This document shows, one piece after another, positions 25,219-35,489 of a stretch of 64,000 nucleotides of DNA. The notes beneath the pieces were generated by a model. It had not been told where the DNA came from. It was given only the letters and a program-made list of their open reading frames with translations, and ran no database searches. Source of the DNA: Candidatus Dasytiphilus stammeri. Lineage in GTDB: Bacteria > Pseudomonadota > Gammaproteobacteria > Enterobacterales > Enterobacteriaceae. Each line of letters starts with the position of its first letter. Positions within the stretch are counted from its first letter, which is position 1. Made by a program: the position numbers and the translations under genes. Location of the stretch: NCBI GenBank assembly GCA_037083745.1, contig JBAPLR010000003.1:5689-69688 (forward strand). The letters are read 5' to 3'.

Positions 25219-26127
25219 ATGTTATCTCAATATTCTCGCTTAGTTAAACAAGCATTACTAGTATCTCTATCACTCGTGATACTAATTTTTTTTATAAAAT
25301 TTTGGGCTTGGTGGAAAACAGAATCAGTAAGTTTGATGGCTTCCTTAGTAGATTCTTTGATAGATATTGCTGCTTCAGTGACTAATGTACTTATCGTTCG
25401 TTATTCATTACAACCAGCAGATCAAGAACATACTTTTGGTCATGGTAAAGCAGAAGCTTTAGCAGTATTGGTTCAGAGTATGTTGATTTCTGGATCAGCA
25501 TTATTATTTCTAGTACTTACTGTTATCCATCATTTATCCCATCCTCTCGGAGTATATAATCCTGGTTTTGGAATTAGTATTACATTTTTTATAATTGTTC
25601 TCACGGTAGTAGGACTACTATTTCAGAAATGGGCGGTACAAAAAACCCGCAGTATTGCAATTAGAGCTGATATGCTCCATTATAAATCGGATCTTTTAGT
25701 ATCTCTTGCTATTATAATAGCTTTAAGTTTAAGCTATTATAAAGTATTAAAACAAGCAGATGATTTTTTTGCGTTAGGAATAGGGCTGTGGATTCTTTAT
25801 CGGTCGTTGCATCTAGGATATGAAGGAATTCAAGTTTTACTTGATCGTGCACTACCGTCTCATGAAATAGATAAAATAATTCATCTGGTTACTTCTCTTC
25901 CAAATGTCAATGGCATACACAAGCTTCGAACCCGAAAATCTGGACCGATTCGCTTTATTCAACTCCATTTAGAATTAGATGATAATTTACCACTAATTAA
26001 AGTACATATTATTACAAAAAAAATAGAGGAAAGATTATTTAGCTACTTTCCTCATTCTGATATTATTATTAGACAGGATCCTTGTTCCATAGTGACTGCC
26101 GAGAAAAAATCAGCTGATTACTTGTAA
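25219..26127 (+). CDS. fieF: Cation-diffusion-facilitator iron/zinc efflux protein FieF (YiiP)
   Basis: LVDSLIDIAASVTNVLIVRYSLQPADQEHTFGHGKAEAL...RADMLHYKSDL...LRTRKSGPIRFIQLHLELDD is collinear with E. coli FieF. Confidence 0.88.
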   Translation: MLSQYSRLVKQALLVSLSLVILIFFIKFWAWWKTESVSLMASLVDSLIDIAASVTNVLIVRYSLQPADQEHTFGHGKAEALAVLVQSMLISGSALLFLVLTVIHHLSHPLGVYNPGFGISITFFIIVLTVVGLLFQKWAVQKTRSIAIRADMLHYKSDLLVSLAIIIALSLSYYKVLKQADDFFALGIGLWILYRSLHLGYEGIQVLLDRALPSHEIDKIIHLVTSLPNVNGIHKLRTRKSGPIRFIQLHLELDDNLPLIKVHIITKKIEERLFSYFPHSDIIIRQDPCSIVTAEKKSADYL

Positions 26128-26137
26128 TTAAATTATA

Positions 26138-26932
26138 TTACTCTTTGATAAGAGCACTAAAATTCTTAATTCGATAGATATTTTCTACCGTTTGGACAAT
26201 TTTCGCAAATTTTAATGGATCTAAAGAAGATTCGCCTACTAATAAGCCGTCAATATCAGGTTGATTAAAGTATTCTGCTGCATTTGTAGTATTCACGGAA
26301 CCTCCATATTGAATAACTAAACTGTCCGCTATAGCTTCACTATTTTTGCCAATATGTTCTCGAATAAATTTATGTATGAATTGTACGTGGTGTGGGGAGG
26401 CACCGCATCCTGTTCCAATGGACCATAATGGTTCATAAGCAATTACTACATTCTGAAATGCATTAACCCCCTCTCTATCAATTATGGCGTTTAGTTGTCG
26501 AATACAGACTTCCATCGTTTCACCATTTTCATTTTCTCCTTTATTTTCCCCAATACACAGTACTGGTATAAGTCCTAACTTTTTCAAAATAGAAATTTTG
26601 TTTGCAATCAACTCATCATTTTCGTGATGGTATATTCGTCGTTCCGAATGTCCAACAATAATATATTGTGCGCCTATATCTTTTATCATTTGCGCTGATA
26701 TATCTCCAGTATAAGGTCCTGTTAAATGAACATCTATATTCTGTGCTCCTAGTTCGATAGAACTGCCCCGAATCTCTTGATGAGATTGGAATACATACAT
26801 TATCGGAGGAGCAATTATTACCCTACAAAATTTAATATTTTTCAGCTGACTTCGTAGAGTGGCAATGTAATTTCTCACCATTTGGTTATTACCATTTAGT
26901 TTCCAATTACCTATAACTAAGGGATAGCGCAT
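26138..26932 (-). CDS. tpiA: Triosephosphate isomerase
   Basis: GNWKLNG, GAQYIIVGHSERR, AYEPLWSIGTG and QYGGSV are the TIM motifs. Confidence 0.92.
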   Translation of the reverse strand: MRYPLVIGNWKLNGNNQMVRNYIATLRSQLKNIKFCRVIIAPPIMYVFQSHQEIRGSSIELGAQNIDVHLTGPYTGDISAQMIKDIGAQYIIVGHSERRIYHHENDELIANKISILKKLGLIPVLCIGENKGENENGETMEVCIRQLNAIIDREGVNAFQNVVIAYEPLWSIGTGCGASPHHVQFIHKFIREHIGKNSEAIADSLVIQYGGSVNTTNAAEYFNQPDIDGLLVGESSLDPLKFAKIVQTVENIYRIKNFSALIKE

Positions 26933-27002
26933 TTGAACATTTCTCTTATTAAATTAACTCAAAAAATAAAATACTGACTAGAAATAAAATGCAGGTATAA
27001 AA

Positions 27003-27758
27003 TTACCAATAATGTTCAGTACTTATATGTCCGGCTGGTCCCCGCCGTAAATGTTTTTTCATATTTTTAGTATTCTTTAGTACGTCTTGTGTTGATCGGA
27101 CCATATTAGGATTTCCACACAACATTATGTGACTATGTTGATGTTGAATTTTTAGACCAATACTATGTTCCAATGTTCCATTAGATATTAATGTAGGTAT
27201 ATGTCCCAACAAGGATCCTCTTACCTTTTCACGACTGACTATTGTTTGGATATAAAGTTTTTCCGTATATCTCTGCTGAAGTTTACGCATTAGGGGAAGA
27301 TAACACATATCTTGCTGATATCGCACTGCATGTACAAGGACTAGATTAGAAAATCTTTCTAGATCTTTTCCTTCCTGAAGAATAGATAAATATGGTCCTA
27401 CAGCGGTACCCGTAGCTAGCATCCATAAATTATTACAACTTGGGATCTCATGAAGAACAAAAAAACCAGCTGAGTCTTTAGCAATTAATATTTCATCGCC
27501 TATAGAGAGACTATGTAAATAAGTACTTAGCTGTCCGTCTTTAACAGTTACTAAATAAAACTCTAAGTTTTTATCACTCGGTGCATTAACAAAGGAATAA
27601 GCTCGTTGTATTATACATTTATTATTAATTTGAAAGCCTAGTTTTGTAAATTGACCAGCCATAAAAGGAGATACGGGGGCTTCTACATACAGGGTGAATA
27701 AGTTTTTGGTCCAGTGTTTGATTGCGGTTACTTTTGCTACTATCCATTTATTCATCAT
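27003..27758 (-). CDS. fpr: Ferredoxin/flavodoxin-NADP+ reductase
   Basis: AGQFTKLGF..RAYSFVNAP...LEFYLVTV..G.LS, LWMLATGTAVGPYLSIL, MLCGNPNMV and a C-terminal EHYW match E. coli Fpr. Confidence 0.88.
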   Translation of the reverse strand: MMNKWIVAKVTAIKHWTKNLFTLYVEAPVSPFMAGQFTKLGFQINNKCIIQRAYSFVNAPSDKNLEFYLVTVKDGQLSTYLHSLSIGDEILIAKDSAGFFVLHEIPSCNNLWMLATGTAVGPYLSILQEGKDLERFSNLVLVHAVRYQQDMCYLPLMRKLQQRYTEKLYIQTIVSREKVRGSLLGHIPTLISNGTLEHSIGLKIQHQHSHIMLCGNPNMVRSTQDVLKNTKNMKKHLRRGPAGHISTEHYW

Positions 27759-27897
27759 AACATCTCCTGTTATATTATCCGGTCATGAATTAAGACCTAA
27801 GAAAATCACTTAAATTAGAGTATTTTAACTATTGATTATAATCCTATGAAACATTAATTTTCTTCCATAAATTATGAAATAATAACTTAGGATATAT

Positions 27898-29394
27898 TCA
27901 CATATTCCATTTTTGTGTTAGAGACACCGCTTTTCTCCAGTGAGCATAACTATTATTTCGTTCTGAATTATTAGTTTTAGGCATAAAACAATGTTCCATG
28001 ATTAATTTTGAATGGATCTCTTCTAAAGAGATCCAAAAACCTACCGCAAGTCCAGCTAAGAAGGATGCTCCCAGGGCAGTAACTTCTCGAAGCTTTGGTC
28101 TTTCTACACGAATACCGAGGATATCAGCCTGACATTGCATCAGAAAATTATTAGTGACTGCTCCTCCATCTACGCGAAGTCTATTTAGAGATGATCCGAT
28201 ATCAGCTTGCATTGCTTCTATAACATCCCGAGTTTGAAAAGCAATAGATTCTAGGGTGGCACGAATGATATGACTGGCATTAGAATCTCTCGTTAGTCCC
28301 AAAATTGCCCCTCTCGCATACGGATCCCAATAAGGTGCTCCTAATCCAGTAAATGCCGGAACTACATATATACCATTAGTATTATTCACTTCAGTAGCAT
28401 AGTGTTCAGAATCTGACGCATGAGTAATCATTTTCATTTCATCCCGAAGCCATTGGATAGAGGCTCCTCCAATAAATACTGTTCCTTCCAAAGCATAGTT
28501 TACTTCTCCGGCTGGTCCACAGGCAATAGTAGTCAATAAACCATGAGTCGAATGAATTACTGCATTATTAGTATTCATCAACATAAAACAACCCGTGCCA
28601 TAAGTATTTTTAGTCATACCGAATTTAACACATAGTTGACCATAAAGTGATGCCTGTTGATCACCTGCTATCCCGGAAATATAAATATTTTTTCCATCCA
28701 ATCCCTCTATATTAACCGGACCATAAATTTCTGATGAAGAACGTACTTCTGGTAAGATTCCCTTGGGAATATCAAATATATCTAACAAATTCTGATCCCA
28801 TTCTAGGGTATGAATATTAAACAGCATTGTGCGGGAAGCATTGGTATAATCTGTGACATGAACATGACCCTGAGTTAGCTGCCACACTAGCCAGGTATCA
28901 ATAGTACCAAATAATAATTCTCCTCGTTGGGCTCTAATACGTACTCCTGCAATATTATCTAAAATCCATTTAGCTTTAGTAGCTGAAAAATAAGGATTTA
29001 ATACTAGTCCAGTAGTTTGATGAATATAATTCTCTAATCCCTCTGTTTTTAATTTATCACATAACTTAGCAGTACGAGAACATTGCCAGACGATAGCATT
29101 ATAAACAGGTTGACCTGTGTATTTATCCCAAATTAAACTGGTCTCACGCTGATTAGTTATACCAATGCCTGCTATTTGTTCACATTTAATATCTGCATAA
29201 GATAATGCTTTTACTAAAGCAGAACATTGGGAATTCCATATATCTAACGGATCATGCTCTACCCATCCGTATCGAGGATAAATTTGTTTTAATTCATGTT
29301 GTGAAATAGCTACGATATTAACATCGTGATCAACTACCAAAACGCGAGAACTGGTGGTACCTTGATCAAGAGCAACTATATATTTTTTAGACAT
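27898..29394 (-). CDS. glpK: Glycerol kinase
   Basis: [15 protein letters not shown]...GWVEHDP..IW...[13 protein letters not shown]...[13 protein letters not shown]-like and [20 protein letters not shown] match GlpK. The start is ambiguous: ATG at 29394 is chosen by homology (MSKKYIV), while the ORF track starts at 29415. Confidence 0.88.
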   Translation of the reverse strand: MSKKYIVALDQGTTSSRVLVVDHDVNIVAISQHELKQIYPRYGWVEHDPLDIWNSQCSALVKALSYADIKCEQIAGIGITNQRETSLIWDKYTGQPVYNAIVWQCSRTAKLCDKLKTEGLENYIHQTTGLVLNPYFSATKAKWILDNIAGVRIRAQRGELLFGTIDTWLVWQLTQGHVHVTDYTNASRTMLFNIHTLEWDQNLLDIFDIPKGILPEVRSSSEIYGPVNIEGLDGKNIYISGIAGDQQASLYGQLCVKFGMTKNTYGTGCFMLMNTNNAVIHSTHGLLTTIACGPAGEVNYALEGTVFIGGASIQWLRDEMKMITHASDSEHYATEVNNTNGIYVVPAFTGLGAPYWDPYARGAILGLTRDSNASHIIRATLESIAFQTRDVIEAMQADIGSSLNRLRVDGGAVTNNFLMQCQADILGIRVERPKLREVTALGASFLAGLAVGFWISLEEIHSKLIMEHCFMPKTNNSERNNSYAHWRKAVSLTQKWNM

Positions 29395-29699
29395 AGGCAT
29401 AATTCCTGATATCAAAAAACTTAACCTGAGTAGTAATCAGGTCATTAAACAACTGCTCGAGAAGTTTTATTTTGTGGAAAATTACCGTTATACTTACGAA
29501 GTTAATTACTATCAATCTACATAATAGTCCTATTCTCTTTAACTACTAAAGAGAACAATCTTATTGAAAATTAAGATTATCATTTTATTCTATGTAGATG
29601 TGATTGATCTAGATTAGTAATAGATAAAATTAGAGTTGGTTGCTTGGAGGTGTAAAATAAGTATATCTAACTTACACCGTATTTAAGGCATAGTTAGTT

Positions 29700-31034
29700 T
29701 TATAAAATAAATCGACTCAAATCTTCATCGGCTACCAGTTTATCAAGATGCTCACCTACGTATTTTGCATTAATCGTAATTTTTTCACCCATCCGATCAC
29801 TAGCTTCATAAGATATTTCTTCCATTAAACGCTCTAATACTGTGTGTAAACGTCTTGCACCGATATTTTCGTTACTTTCATTCACTTGCCATGCCGATTC
29901 TGCAATTCGACGAATACCATCATTAGTGAAGTCAATAGTTACTCCTTCGGTAGCCATTAGTTCCTTATACTGTCTAGTAATAGAAACACTAGGCTCAGTT
30001 AAAATACGTTCAAAATCATTGCTGGTTAGTGCTTGTAATTCTACTCGAATAGGGAGACGTCCTTGAAGTTCGGGAATTAAGTCTGAAGGAATAGCTACTT
30101 GAAAGGCTCCGGAAGCAATAAATAGAATGTGATCAGTTTTTACCATTCCATGTTTAGTTGAAACATTACATCCTTCAACTAATGGTAACAGATCACGTTG
30201 GACTCCTTCTCTTGAAACATCCGGTCCCGAAGTTTCTCCTCGTCTACAAATTTTGTCAATTTCGTCGATAAATACAATTCCATGTTGTTCTACTGCTTCA
30301 ATGGCTTCTTGTTTTAAATCTTCTGGATTAATTAATTTGGTTGATTCTTCTTCTATCAAAATTTTCATGGCATCGACAATTTTTAACTTATGTGTTTTTT
30401 GTTTTTGCCCACTTAAATTTTGGAACATGGATTGTAACTGACTAGTCATTTCTTCCATTCCTGGAGGCGCCATAATTTCTACTCCCATAGGGGTAGCAAT
30501 GAGACTAATTTCTATTTCTTTATTATCGAGTCGTCCTTCCCGCAGTTTTTGTCGCCAAGCTTGTCTATTCTCATTGTAACCTTGTTGAGAATCTTCATTT
30601 TTTCCCCATTTGTTTTTAGGAGGAGGTATTAATACGTCAAGTATACGTGCTTCAGCCCTTTCTTCTGCTCGAGCTCGATTTTGTTCCATAGAACGCATTC
30701 TCACCATTTTAATGGCTGAATCTGTCAGATCACGAATGATAGAATCCACCTCTTTACCTACATACCCAACTTCTGTAAATTTAGTAGCTTCTACTTTAAT
30801 AAAAGGCGCATGGGCTAGTTTTGCTAACCGACGAGCTATTTCTGTCTTTCCTACTCCAGTAGGACCAATCATAAGAATATTTTTTGGTGTTACCTCTTGA
30901 CGTAGTTCTTCATTTAATTGCATTCGTCTCCAGCGGTTACGTAAAGCAATGGCTACCGCTCGTTTAGCGCTGTTCTGACCAATAATAAACTTATCTAGCT
31001 CACTGACTATTTCGCGAGGGGTCATTTCCGACAT
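29700..31034 (-). CDS. hslU: ATP-dependent protease ATPase subunit HslU
   Basis: [35 protein letters not shown], Walker [16 protein letters not shown] and [10 protein letters not shown] match HslU. C-terminal DLSRFIL. Confidence 0.93.
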   Translation of the reverse strand: MSEMTPREIVSELDKFIIGQNSAKRAVAIALRNRWRRMQLNEELRQEVTPKNILMIGPTGVGKTEIARRLAKLAHAPFIKVEATKFTEVGYVGKEVDSIIRDLTDSAIKMVRMRSMEQNRARAEERAEARILDVLIPPPKNKWGKNEDSQQGYNENRQAWRQKLREGRLDNKEIEISLIATPMGVEIMAPPGMEEMTSQLQSMFQNLSGQKQKTHKLKIVDAMKILIEEESTKLINPEDLKQEAIEAVEQHGIVFIDEIDKICRRGETSGPDVSREGVQRDLLPLVEGCNVSTKHGMVKTDHILFIASGAFQVAIPSDLIPELQGRLPIRVELQALTSNDFERILTEPSVSITRQYKELMATEGVTIDFTNDGIRRIAESAWQVNESNENIGARRLHTVLERLMEEISYEASDRMGEKITINAKYVGEHLDKLVADEDLSRFIL

Positions 31035-31045
31035 AATCCAGATCC

Positions 31046-31582
31046 TTACCCTTTATCTTTGTAAGTTAATTCTTCAATAGTAAAATTTTTGTTGGTATAA
31101 ATACAAATATCACCGGCAATAATTAAAGCTTTTTCGGTTATCTTCCGCGCATTCAGTTTAGTAGTATCTAACATAGCTAGAGCAGCAGCTTGAGCATAAG
31201 GTCCCCCAGATCCTATCGCTATGAGATCATTTTCAGGCTGAATGACATCACCATTGCCGGTAATAATTAAAGATGACGTTTCATCCGCCACTGCTAATAG
31301 GGCTTCTAGCCTTCGCAAAATTCGATCTGTTCGCCAGTCTTTTGCTAATTCTACCGCAGCTTTTACTAAATGACCCTGAGAAATTACCAATTTTCGTTCA
31401 AAACGTTCGAATAATGTAAAAGCATCCGCCGTTCCTCCTGCAAAACCAGCTAGCACTCGATCATTATAAAGACGCCGGACTTTCTTGGCATTTCCTTTCA
31501 TTATAGTAGGACCTAGTGTTACTTGACCATCTCCCCCAAGCACCACTTGGTCCTTTCTTCTTACACTAACTATGGTTGTCAT
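31046..31582 (-). CDS. hslV: ATP-dependent protease subunit HslV
   Basis: [24 protein letters not shown] (N-terminal Thr nucleophile) is present, and hslV-hslU are tightly linked. Confidence 0.93.
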   Translation of the reverse strand: MTTIVSVRRKDQVVLGGDGQVTLGPTIMKGNAKKVRRLYNDRVLAGFAGGTADAFTLFERFERKLVISQGHLVKAAVELAKDWRTDRILRRLEALLAVADETSSLIITGNGDVIQPENDLIAIGSGGPYAQAAALAMLDTTKLNARKITEKALIIAGDICIYTNKNFTIEELTYKDKG

Positions 31583-31663
31583 GAAGGAATAAGCTCCTAT
31601 CTTTTAAAGGAAAAAAGATGGTTATCTAACCCAGAATGAGAATATTACATTCTACTATTTTTT

Positions 31664-31694
31664 TATATGGGGCAGAATAAATAGTATTCAACCC
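31664..31694 (-). promoter_or_regulatory. Candidate sigma-32 promoter of hslVU
   Basis: The minus strand reads GGGTTGAAT-13 nt-CCCCATATA. The -10 element at 31664-31672 is a perfect CCCCATnTA and the -35 element at 31686-31691 is TTGAAT. It lies about 80 nt upstream of the hslV ATG. Confidence 0.6.
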
Positions 31695-32417
31695 TTTGTA
31701 AAAAGAGATAAGAGTATCTCTATAAAATGTCTCTTCTAAAGAAGAGATGATTAAATTTTTAATAAAAAAAGATGAGATTATATTTAATCCCCTGATTTTG
31801 CATCAATTTCATAATATCAACTTCTTTTACATAAAAAAAGTTATTAAGTAAGTTAATAAGCAAAGTATTATCTATTTTCCAAGGTAATCTGCTATTGACT
31901 TATTGAAGTCTTTTCCAGAAATATATTTGAATAATATTATCATATCTAATTTAAGATGTAAAAAGAAAGAGTCTTTTTCTTATCGCGTATTTGTAAAAAA
32001 TATAATGTCCGATCCTGCCATATTTGAACATTCTTCAATTACTTTCATCCTCATTTTATGAGGATGCATGAAAAAAGTAATAATACAGGAAAAATATTAA
32101 AAATTACTGGGATAAGAAGTAAGATTAATATGAAAAGTGGTCATCAAAATACTCTTCTTATCAGGGATAAAATAAAAGATGACAAACCTTATTAGTTAAT
32201 ATGTGAAGAACATTAAAAGCCTATCCTGTCGCTCTCTATTATTAAATATTTTATGATAATTCACATGCGTGAATCCATTGGGACCTTAATTCTAATGACT
32301 TGTAATATAGAAATATGTTAACTTAAATTTTAATGAAATGATAAGGTGAGAAAAATGTGAGATTTATATCTTTTTTATTAAAGCTTAAAATTTTGTTACT
32401 CTCGGGGAGATTTTATT

Positions 32418-33323
32418 GTGCAACGTACTGATTTAAATTTATTGATTGTCTTAGATATGTTATTAGAAGAATGCAGTGTAAGTAAAACCGCACAAAAATT
32501 AAATGTTACCCCACCGGCTATAAGTAAATCTTTAAATAAAATTCGTGATACTTTTCACGATTCAATTTTAGTACGTTCTGGATCTCAATTAATGTTAACT
32601 CCTCTAGCTATGCAGCTGAAGCCGCAGATAAGAAATATAATTCATAATATTCAAAGTGTCTTAAATCAACATGTATCATTTCGGGTCGGAGACCAATCAC
32701 TCTTATTTACTATTGCTTCTACTGATCTGATTATGTCAATACTTAGCTTTAATTTTATGAAGAAAATGCATGAAGATGAACCCAATATATTAATTGAGTT
32801 TAAATATGATAATATGCCAGAGGATTTTTTACGTAAAGAGAACGTGGACTTATATATTGGCGAACCAAGAACACTAAGTCCCGAAATAAAAATTAGAACA
32901 GTATATCGGGAAAAGTGCTTAATTATTGCCAATAAAAAACATAAAATTATTAATCAAAGTAAAAAAATTAAAAATATCATTAATTATTATTTTATTACTT
33001 CTAAAGGAAAATTAAATGCAGATGTAGATGATATTTTTCTTGCTCATGGATACCATCGGAAAGTTATAGGTATTAGTCCTAGCTATTTAGCTACTATTGA
33101 AACAGTAATCCAAACCAATTCGCTCGCAGTGGTGCCTATCTTTTTTTTAAATACCTTGACAAGACTCAGCATTGAAATTGCTGCTTTTGAGCCCGACATT
33201 TTACTTCCCCAAGTTTGTTTAGTACAAGCTTGGCATCCTAGAAATGATAATTCTCCCGCACATAAATGGTTAAGAGATTATACTCGTAATTTTTTCTCAT
33301 TTGAGAAATTAAAAGTTGATTAA
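32418..33323 (+). CDS. LysR-family transcriptional regulator (LeuO/YidZ-like N-terminus), target unknown
   Basis: The N-terminal wHTH is DLNLLIVLDMLLEECSVSKTAQKLNVTPPAISKSLNKIRDTFHDSILVRSG, followed by a roughly 200-aa co-inducer domain. It has a GTG start. It is isolated between about 0.8 kb and 1 kb of non-coding DNA. Confidence 0.75.
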   Translation: MQRTDLNLLIVLDMLLEECSVSKTAQKLNVTPPAISKSLNKIRDTFHDSILVRSGSQLMLTPLAMQLKPQIRNIIHNIQSVLNQHVSFRVGDQSLLFTIASTDLIMSILSFNFMKKMHEDEPNILIEFKYDNMPEDFLRKENVDLYIGEPRTLSPEIKIRTVYREKCLIIANKKHKIINQSKKIKNIINYYFITSKGKLNADVDDIFLAHGYHRKVIGISPSYLATIETVIQTNSLAVVPIFFLNTLTRLSIEIAAFEPDILLPQVCLVQAWHPRNDNSPAHKWLRDYTRNFFSFEKLKVD

Positions 33324-33568
33324 ATTTGTTCAACATTGATTGAACGTAAAAAAGTGGTTAACTTAAAATGATATCTGGAAAAAAGAGCAATTGCAAATAA
33401 GAGAAAAATATGCAGATTAACTGAATTAATTCAAATAAATCTCTTAACAAGAGAGATATAAAAAAAATTATCAAATAACAATAACTATGCGCTAACTTGG
33501 GACAAGAATGATTCATTCTAATGAAATTGCACAGGATTTTTACTCCCACATGCCAGTTACGGACATAT

Positions 33569-34013
33569 TCATTGGCTAATGTCTATGCATCTAGCAAAAA
33601 TAAGATTCTGCTTCTTCAGAAAATCATAATAAATCAAAATCCTGATCTGTCTTTTCTTTGCTTCCAGTAAGTGACATCTAATAAATCTAATACTCCTAAC
33701 AGCTGTAATAAGTCCATCAAAGTGTTCATTTCGTATATCATCAAAATGATAATAAAATTTATTAAAATGACCTCCTGCAGTAATAGAAAGAAAGAAAGAC
33801 TTTTTTTATTTTTCTAGCTGGTTAATCTTTATAAAAAGTTAGATAATAAACATGTGATTATCATCAATCTTAAAGTTAAGATAATAATTTTTATTAAATA
33901 TTTTGTTAGATTTACTAACAAAAAATTTATATTTTGTTGAGGATTGAACATCTTTGACATAACATAGATGTTGACCTCCATTCGACGAAAGATCGCACGA
34001 ACATTTTTTTCAT
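33569..34013 (-). pseudogene. Fragmented flavodoxin-fold NAD(P)H:quinone oxidoreductase (KefF/KefG/MdaB-type) pseudogene
   Basis: A 78-codon stop-free frame (33805-33572) lacks a start codon. It reads FFLSITAGGHFNKFYYHFDD..FDGLITAVRSIRFIRCHLL, resembling E. coli KefF LLWAVTTGGGESHFEIG..FDVLSQPLQATAIYCGLNWL. Upstream fragments (YYLNFKIDDNHMFII*) fall in another frame. Confidence 0.4.
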
Positions 34014-34294
34014 AATTTAGACTTAAACTTATCCTCCTTAGTTAGCAGTACTTAGTTAGTAGTAGAATAAGTATTGATTAGACAAATTAGAGTTAACCTT
34101 AGTGTTAGTACTCTAGTCATAACTAAATAAAAATATCATTATCTTGGAATCAAGACAGATTCACTTTTAAATTATATAAATCATCATATCTTTCCATATT
34201 ATGGAGTAAGTACTAATTAGATCATCCGCCATATTCTCTAATAGAGTTCAATTTTCTTATTTGTTAATGATCTTAGAAAATTCAGTTTTTTGAA

Positions 34295-35254
34295 TTAAAG
34301 CCATTTTCTATATTTGAAATAGGCGTAAGGTGCTGCACCAGTCAGAAACATTAACAGAACCGCTGTCGGATAACCCCACATCCATTTTATTTCTGGCATG
34401 TAGTCAAAATTCATACCATAACTTGAAGCTACTAGGGTAGGAGGGAGAAATATTACCGATACTACTGAAAAGATTTTTATTATTCTATTTTGCTCAATAT
34501 TAATAAATCCCATCGCTGCTTGTAGTAAAAAATTTACTTTTTGGAGTAAAGATTCATTATGAGGTAATAAAGATTCAATATCTCGCAAAATTTCACGACT
34601 TTGTTCGCTTTGTTTAAGAGGTAATCTATTTTTACGAGCTAAAAAATTTAGTGCTCGCTGAGTATCCATTAAGCACAGACGAACCTTCCATACAATATCT
34701 TCTAATCCGGCTAATAAAGATAACGCTTCATCACTTTCCTCATCGCAATTACCTTTCATAATAATACGACTCAATTGTTCTAATTCACTATAAATTGTCT
34801 CTATTTCGTCCGCTAATTGTTCTATTTTAGTTTCAAATAAATCTAACATTAGCTCAAAAGCATTTCCTTCTAGTAAAACCTGACTGCGAGAACGAATCCG
34901 ATAAAGTCTAAAAGTTGGTAATTCTCTTTCTCTTAACGTATATAATCTTCCATCTCGGATAGTAAAGGCCACTGTGACATTGGCGGCATGTTCTTTAAAA
35001 TCTTCATAAAAAAAGAATGAGTGTATATGTAAACCATCTCTATCTTCAAAAAAACGAGCTGAAGCTTCTATATCTCTTAACTCCGGCCGGGTTGCTAAAC
35101 TTTGTCCCAGTATTTTTTGGATGCGTTCTCTTTCTCTAACTTCTGGTTCAATTAAATCTAACCAAATAGAATCTTCCAAATCATCATTATAATTGTTTAG
35201 ATCGAGCTCTAGACGTTTCAACCGATTATTAATTATTTTGTATGCGCTTATCAT
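34295..35254 (-). CDS. corA: Magnesium/cobalt transporter CorA
   Basis: [34 protein letters not shown]...[36 protein letters not shown] (GMN motif) is collinear with E. coli CorA. Start at MISAYKI (the ORF track begins 5 codons upstream at TTG). Confidence 0.9.
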   Translation of the reverse strand: MISAYKIINNRLKRLELDLNNYNDDLEDSIWLDLIEPEVRERERIQKILGQSLATRPELRDIEASARFFEDRDGLHIHSFFFYEDFKEHAANVTVAFTIRDGRLYTLRERELPTFRLYRIRSRSQVLLEGNAFELMLDLFETKIEQLADEIETIYSELEQLSRIIMKGNCDEESDEALSLLAGLEDIVWKVRLCLMDTQRALNFLARKNRLPLKQSEQSREILRDIESLLPHNESLLQKVNFLLQAAMGFINIEQNRIIKIFSVVSVIFLPPTLVASSYGMNFDYMPEIKWMWGYPTAVLLMFLTGAAPYAYFKYRKWL

Positions 35255-35489
35255 AGGAATCACTCTCAATAATCAATACAATGGGTGTAAATAACATAAT
35301 TTATTTGATATTCTTTAATTTGTAATGACTTAGAAATCAATTATTTTTTAATAAAATTCATAAAAAATAATGATCCATTGAAGGAAGACATTAATATCTT
35401 TATATTTCTATCCAAATAATAGGGATAAAATTTTTCCTAACTATACCTATTTTTCCTCCAACTACGCGGTATAAAACCCGAGGACACTC

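Noticed and set aside
33358-33549. A 63-aa ORF in the LysR/corA desert
   Set aside because: It has no recognisable motif and a composition typical of AT-rich random frames. It abuts the quinone-reductase pseudogene region, so it was treated as debris.
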